From contig OZ024741.1 in the NCBI GenBank assembly GCA_964016885.1, positions 193,688,001 through 193,752,000 of the forward strand: DNA of 64,000 nucleotides. Reading direction: 5' to 3'. The stretch is from Eledone cirrhosa. Lineage: Eukaryota. The position numbers and the translations under genes are program-made. Positions 24,517 through 64,000 of this stretch are shown piece after piece (within the stretch, counting starts at the first letter, position 1; each line of letters begins with the position of its first letter). Below the pieces are notes generated by a model. It did not search any database, had not been told where the DNA came from, and saw nothing but the letters and a program-made list of their open reading frames with translations.

Positions 24517-26296
24517 CAAAGAAGGTTGAGATTAGTAGTTTACTGCGAGACAATGAGAAAAATGCAAGTTGTCTCCACTTCGAACAACAAATGGCTGTTG
24601 TTTCTTCAAGCTTTATCTACAAAACAAAGATGGACTGATTGTACTTAGAATTATTTTTTAAATATTTTTTAAAATAATTATAAAGAATAAAAGATAATTA
24701 GGCATTTAAAAAAAGAGTAATGTAGTCCCTGGAGAGATTTGAACCATAAAGCTATTGTTTACCAGGCAAATATCTTACCAAATAATTTAAGAATTTGTTC
24801 TTTTAATACCATCTACATTAAAATATTAGAAATTAATTCACACAAAACAAAATCCATAAACGAAATTTTAACCACATATCTATAACTGATCAGGTGACAG
24901 ATCCCATTAATGAACCTGTTGCTCTTTTCTGTCTGAGATTGGGGATTTATAATGTCTAATATTATTTTATATTGAAATTCTTAACATTTGATTCATTCAT
25001 AAACCTTTTAGGGGATGTTTTGCTATAGGTATATAAAATGACAGACAATAAAATAAAATTGAATAAAACACTCAAGTCTTGTTACAGCCTTAGGCAGAAT
25101 TCTTTCTTTTCTGGATCTCATTTATGACTGTTTTGCCTTGATCTAATTTGTTAGTGGGAAACAATCAATTGCAAACAGTCATTATCAAAATAGGAATTAC
25201 TAAGAGTAGACGTGTCAAATAACAGGAATACTGTCGAAACCAGTGAAGGGTTCATTTACTTTGTTTCTCACACAGGTGTCTCTGGGATTGCTCACCCAAC
25301 ACCCAAATAAATATACTAATAGACGAATAATCTTTAATCCTCTAATTGACATATTTCTAATGAAATCACTGCCCGTGTTTCAATTAAATTTAGCAATGAC
25401 AAATTTTTTAAAATTTAATAAAAACTGAAATTTTCAATAGTAAGCTGATCATCATCATCATCATCATTTCATTTTACGTCCGTTTTTTCCCTGCTTGCAA
25501 GGGTGGGACTGATATTTATAACATTACTTAAATTTCTAAAATACAATCATAATGAAAGATTTTAACACAAGGATAAATATTTTAAAATGAGCTGTTCTGT
25601 ATCATAAATCCAGAGCAGCGCGATGTCCAAAGGGTTAAACTTTCTACCAGGCTTTATGAACATTAATGATGATTCAGAGAATTACCAAAAGACACTTGAA
25701 ATATCCCTTTACATTCTAGAAACATGAACCACAACTTTATTACACAGAGCACAAGTCATTCTCCCTTCTCAAATGTCTCTTACTTGCTGGACAATATCTA
25801 GATTTAGTCCAATCAGTTGGCCTATTCCTAGGAAGATTTAGTTGTTATTTCTAGCTAGTGCAGAAGACAGTTGTAGGTATTTTTATATGGTTGTAAGTTG
25901 TTCCTTCTAGCTATGAAGGTGGTATGCAGTTATTGACCCATAGATATTTATGCTGGACATAAACCACATCAACCCCACCAGTTTGGGTACAAGACTGGAT
26001 GAATTTTTTAATGGTTGGGTGGGTACTGAGTGTATCTGTAAATGGCATCTGTCTGAGAGGGTACTGGGTGTGACAGTAAATGACACCTGCCTAGGTGGGT
26101 ACTGAATCCAGGCTGGTGAGACTTTTGTGGCTGATGTTCAATGAAAACTAAATCAATAATTAAAAAAACAGTAAATTGAACTTTTAAAAAATGTGGCTTT
26201 TAATGGTCAACAACAAAATTATAAAAAATATGAATATCGTCAGTAACTTTGTGTGTCCATATACATGTTGGTATAACATGTAAATAAAGAAATAAT

Positions 26297-26482
26297 TGTT
26301 TCTACTTTTGGCACAAGGCCAGCAATTACCCAGTGCATTACTGGTACTTTATTTTATCTACCCCGTAAGGATGAAAGGCAAAGTTAACCTCGGCGGGATT
26401 TGAACTCAGACCGTAAAGGGACGTAACTATGCTGGAAAGCATGGCGTCCAGCCTTCTACTGATACTGCCAATCCCCCGCCCT
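26297..26482 (-). mobile_element. SINE family 1 copy
   Basis: TSD taaataaagaaataat. Confidence 0.85.
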
Positions 26483-26699
26483 TAAATAAAGAAATAATGA
26501 AGCTGTTTTCTTTAATGTACATCAAGTGTGTGCAGGCATACATACACAAGCACCTCTTTCTCTCTCTCTCTCTCACTGTAATTATGTACAAATATATATA
26601 TTGGGAGACAAATTTAGACAAGACCATGTTTAACTAAGTACTCGATACTTGAGAAAGTAGAGTGTATGTATTGTAAATAGTGCATGACAACTGACCTCG

Positions 26700-27910
26700 C
26701 GTAGTTTCACCAGATAGCGGATTACCTTAAAACTATGTGAGCTCAGCTGTCAGGCATTATTTACTTAAGACCATGTGACCTCTGCGCCGCTGAGGCCCTG
26801 GAAATACTCTACGCCACAGACATCTTAAACAAAAAATCTGAGGCAATTTCGGCTTGTAAACATAAATTGCACAAAACTTTCCTGTATTACAGCCCCACGT
26901 TATACCCTAACGGATAGTACGATCTATACGTGGATATTTTACGTCTCGATGTGGGAGCTAAGTATATGTTTTGTTTATACCTTTACTTATTTGCATAGGT
27001 AAGTATATATTATCCGTATGTTTTGTGAAGCTACGTATACCTTCTCGTACGTATATTTGATTGTTATGGCGTATAATTTTTTTATATATTCTGGTACATA
27101 TGGTTTGACTATGTGTATACGGGAGTTTTGCGTCTGTGTGAGTATGCAGGTTTGTACGTATGTAGGGCGTGTGTATATGTGTACTTCATGTTTTGGTTGA
27201 CTTACGTCTCCGAACATTCGTGTATTTACATGTAGGTATGTGTGTGCGCTTGTTATATACGTATTTATTTATTTATATACGTTTATATAATTATTTATTT
27301 ATTTGTATACACGCACACATATTTATATGTGCGTGGTTTTGTTTACCTATGGTAAGTTTTTGCGTATGCTTGTGTATGTACGTTTCTGTTTGCGTGTATG
27401 TATTTATTTATTTCTATTACTTCTGTATTGTATTTATTTACTTTGTTCTTAACTCCGTAGCGGAGATTCATTCGGTCTCCTAGTTAGAATTTAGTCTACG
27501 ACTTCTGCTATACCATTTACGTGGTTTTGTCTTTGCGTGCTATTGTTCTCCACGCTCCACATATGACGTATTATCTTCGTTTTTTTCGTTCTTCGCCAGA
27601 GAACGTCTCTATGCACCACCTAAGAGAACATTAGTCTACGACCTCTATTATACTATAAACGTGGTTCTGTCTTTGCGCGTATTGTTTTTCACCGCTCCTA
27701 TTAATGACGTATTATATTCGTTTTTTCCCGTTCTTAGCCAGCGAACGTTTCCACGAACCAAAGTATCATCTTCCTGTCTTCCTCCGGTTGCAACGTTTTT
27801 TGAAATATCCAGTTCTGCGTTTACAGATTGACTTTGTTAGTTTCAGAAGATTCCGTTAAGGGTGAAAGCAGCGATTCTTTGCTTAAACTTTAATCTGTTA
27901 TTTTAATAAA
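26700..27910 (+). mobile_element. PLE 3' remnant: GIY-YIG C-terminus and long pLTR/3' UTR
   Basis: PCDLCAAEALEILYATDILNKKSEAISACKHK matches the PLE motif CxLCxxE..LNKRSExxSxCRH; ~140-bp internal tandem duplication 27490-27760; hammerhead-like motif at the 3' end. Confidence 0.7.
27823..27898 (+). ncRNA. Hammerhead-like ribozyme with U4A core (CAGAAGA)
   Basis: aguuu-CAGAAGA-uucc(guuaa)gggu-GAAA-gcag(cgauucu)uugc-UU-aaacu; outer helix acagauuga/uuaaucugu. Confidence 0.55.
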
Positions 27911-28115
27911 TATATATATATAACGAAGGAATTGTGGTAAGGAACCAGATGGACCATAACGCACCAAAGTACTCAATACTTAGGGCAGTAGAGTGGGTAA
28001 TAGGAACAAGTATGACCCCGACGGCAGAGCTCAAGACGTTTCGGCGGCTATTTCTTTTTAGTCCAGAAATAGCTGTCGAAACGGCTTAAGCTCTGCCGTC
28101 GGGGTCATACGTGTT

Positions 28116-29190
28116 CATCATCATCATCGTTTAACGTCCATGTTCCACGCTTGCATGGGTTTGGACGGGAGTTTTCCCACTTGAGGCAAGAGTGGTTGTC
28201 TTGCTCGCATAGGACTGTCTGGTGGGTTTTCTACAGCTGGATGCCCTTCCTAACACCAACCACGTTTACAGTGTGGACTGGGAGGTTTTTACCGTGTTAC
28301 CTACACGGCCACATTACAGCGTGGACTGTGTGTTTTTTTGTCGTGACACCTACACAATCTCATTTGTTTCGGCCTGGATGTTGTGGCACCAACATAACTT
28401 TACATTGAAAGGGGCGGTGTGGATGGGGTGGGGGTCTATTTTGTTAGAGATGCCTAATGACTGTAGTAGGTTTTACTTTGTATTTAGGTAAGGCGGGTCT
28501 TCTCTATTACCGAGTGCCGCCAAAGATCTCGGTCCAGTGACATTGTCTTGGAGAGGTGTAAGTGTGAGAGGTCGGAATTTATCAGGTCGTCCCAGGTTTT
28601 TCTGGGTCTGCCTACTCCGTGGCTACCGTCTATCTTTATTGCCCTGCACTTTTTATACAGCTGTCGTCTTTCATGCGCATCACGTGACCATACCAACGTA
28701 GCCGTCTCTCGAGTAAACAACATCTGATCCCTCTTATTTCTAATTTTTCCCTTAGTTCGTTTATGCCGTTCGCGTATATTACTATTACACATCCAGCGGA
28801 GCATGCAAGCTTCGTTTCTCTCCAGTCTGCGTATATCCTCTGCACACAATGCCCAGGTCTCACTGCCATGCAACATTGCTGTTCGTATGCAGGCATCGTA
28901 CAACCTGCCTTTCATTTTTAGGGATAACCCTTTAGCGGCCAATAGTGGTATAAGCTCTCTGAACTTTTTCCATCCCGTTCGGACTCTAGCTACTGTACTT
29001 TCAGAGCACCCTCCCCCACTGCTGATTTTGTCACCCAGGTAACGGAAGCTGTCCACTATTTCTATAGAACCCTCTGCGCAATTGAAAGATCTAGTATTTT
29101 GTGGGCACTTGCTGCTACTTATTGCACCAGAGCACCGGCCACTTGTAAAATCTATGTTCTTAGTTAGCTTACCTGTGATCCCACTACATC
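28116..29190 (-). mobile_element. 5'-truncated RTE family B copy, near-identical to 46795-47802
   Basis: [36 protein letters not shown]; complete 3' UTR and (gat)n tail. Confidence 0.9.
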
Positions 29191-29850
29191 TTTTATGCAC
29201 CCATACTTTGCATTTGGGACATAAAATGGATATATATATATATATTACACTAAGATATGCAGCAGCAGCAGCAGCAGTGACATGTGGAAACTGCGTAAGC
29301 TTCATCACATGTGTATATGTATGTGTGAATAAATATGCAGCAGAGAAAATAAGAAAGAATAAAAGAATGCATTTAATTGTGTAATGACTAGTAAAGCTGC
29401 TTTTCACCTCAGCACTGAACTGCACATAGTAGCTGCAACTGCTAGATATATAATATCTCGTGTGTGTGTGTGTGTGTACAAGCATGGGAGAATGATAATG
29501 ATGACACACGTGGCATGTATGTGTGTTTGTCTTAATCAAATATTATCATACATATATGCATAAGCAAACATATATAGACATATCCAGATACATTTACATA
29601 CAGATATCTGCATAAACGCAAACTTGTACTATCACTCCATCTCAGCATGTTATACACAAAAACACACTCTCATATATAGAAATAAACAGTCACATATATA
29701 TATATATATACATACACAACCACAGTACACTACACATGCTCACACAACTCCTACCACAGTACATTGACATATCACTCATATATAGAAACAAACCGGCACA
29801 TACATTCACAACCACAGTACACTATGTACATTCATACAATCCCCACCGCA

Positions 29851-63209
<33,359 letters not shown>

Positions 63210-63469
63210 ATGGAAAGTTTCACAATTCTCCCTGGAAAATATACAAATGTAGGAGTTAGTTGCTGTTTGTGACGAAATTATGAAATTCTACACAGAGAAC
63301 ACACAGTGCAACTGGCAATCTTCCACCAAAGAAGACTAAAAGTTAATCGAGGGTTTTTGTCTCACTATATTACACATTTAACCATTTTAATACAAAGCTG
63401 TCTGAAACCGCCCTGGGTTTATGATATACAACTGTTCATTTTAATATGTTTATACTTTTATTAAAATAT

Positions 63470-64000
63470 CATCATTGTTTTTACGCCCGTTTTTCAATGT
63501 TCGTATGGGTTCTTTCCACCCACCGCATTCCTGTCATCTCCTCTGCAAGTCTCAGCGATTTGAGATCAGCTTTCACCACCTAAACCCAGGTTATCCTTGG
63601 TCTACCTTTAAGGCGGCTTCTACCACTGAGATTTCTTGGCACTTCTTCACCCAGCAATCATCATCCATGTACACCACATGTCTATACCAAAGCAGTCTTC
63701 TCTCTTGCACACTACTTGATTCCTCTTAAACTTAGTTTATCCTTCAGTTTATCCAGACTCTGCCATTCTCACATTTACATTACACATCCAACAAAGCATG
63801 ATAACTTCATTTCTCTCCAGTCACTGCTCATGTTTTGCTACTATGCAGCCGGTCTTAAACTCTTCTGTTATGGCCTGGAAGATTATGATGAACAGCAGTG
63901 GGCTAAGAACCAAACCTTGAATTTCTCACTAAACCCACTTCCTACTCTCATTTTACTGACAGCTCCTCTGTATATGGCTTGCACTGCTCTCACAAGTCAT
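63470..64000 (-). mobile_element. Decayed RTE LINE, runs off the window
   Basis: Reverse-strand tail (atc)n..ttttacgcccg; RT remnants [17 protein letters not shown]. Confidence 0.8.

Noticed and set aside
28484-29539. 351-aa ORF as a host gene or RIOX1 extension
   Set aside because: Chance read-through from microsatellite-rich sequence into a frameshifted RTE fragment; RIOX1 stops at 29851.

Overview
AT-rich, microsatellite-laden animal genomic DNA. The SINE/LINE repertoire and gene architecture suggest an octopod cephalopod; this is inference. Two convergent spliced genes can be rebuilt by hand with GT-AG introns and consistent phases: an MCFD2-like secreted two-EF-hand protein on + (4 coding exons, 6050-24516, 180 aa) and RIOX1/NO66 JmjC oxygenase on - (18 coding exons, 63209-29851, about 618 aa). 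Introns are packed with decayed TEs: RTE LINEs carrying a PHD finger inside ORF2, CRE, CR1 and other LINE fragments, tRNA-derived SINEs, piggyBac, mariner, hAT and Helitron elements, and several Penelope-like element (PLE) remnants including a Naiad-type RT. The most notable signal is a set of type I hammerhead ribozyme motifs in PLE-like terminal repeats: about 8 near-complete plus several decayed. They include two C3U/G8A covariant cores, a family with a U4A core, a 336-bp perfect palindrome with a ribozyme on each strand, and a 320-nt retrozyme-like unit. The Naiad fragment has a UGA at a conserved Cys position (possible selenocysteine). All folds were read by eye; no searches or folding programs were run.
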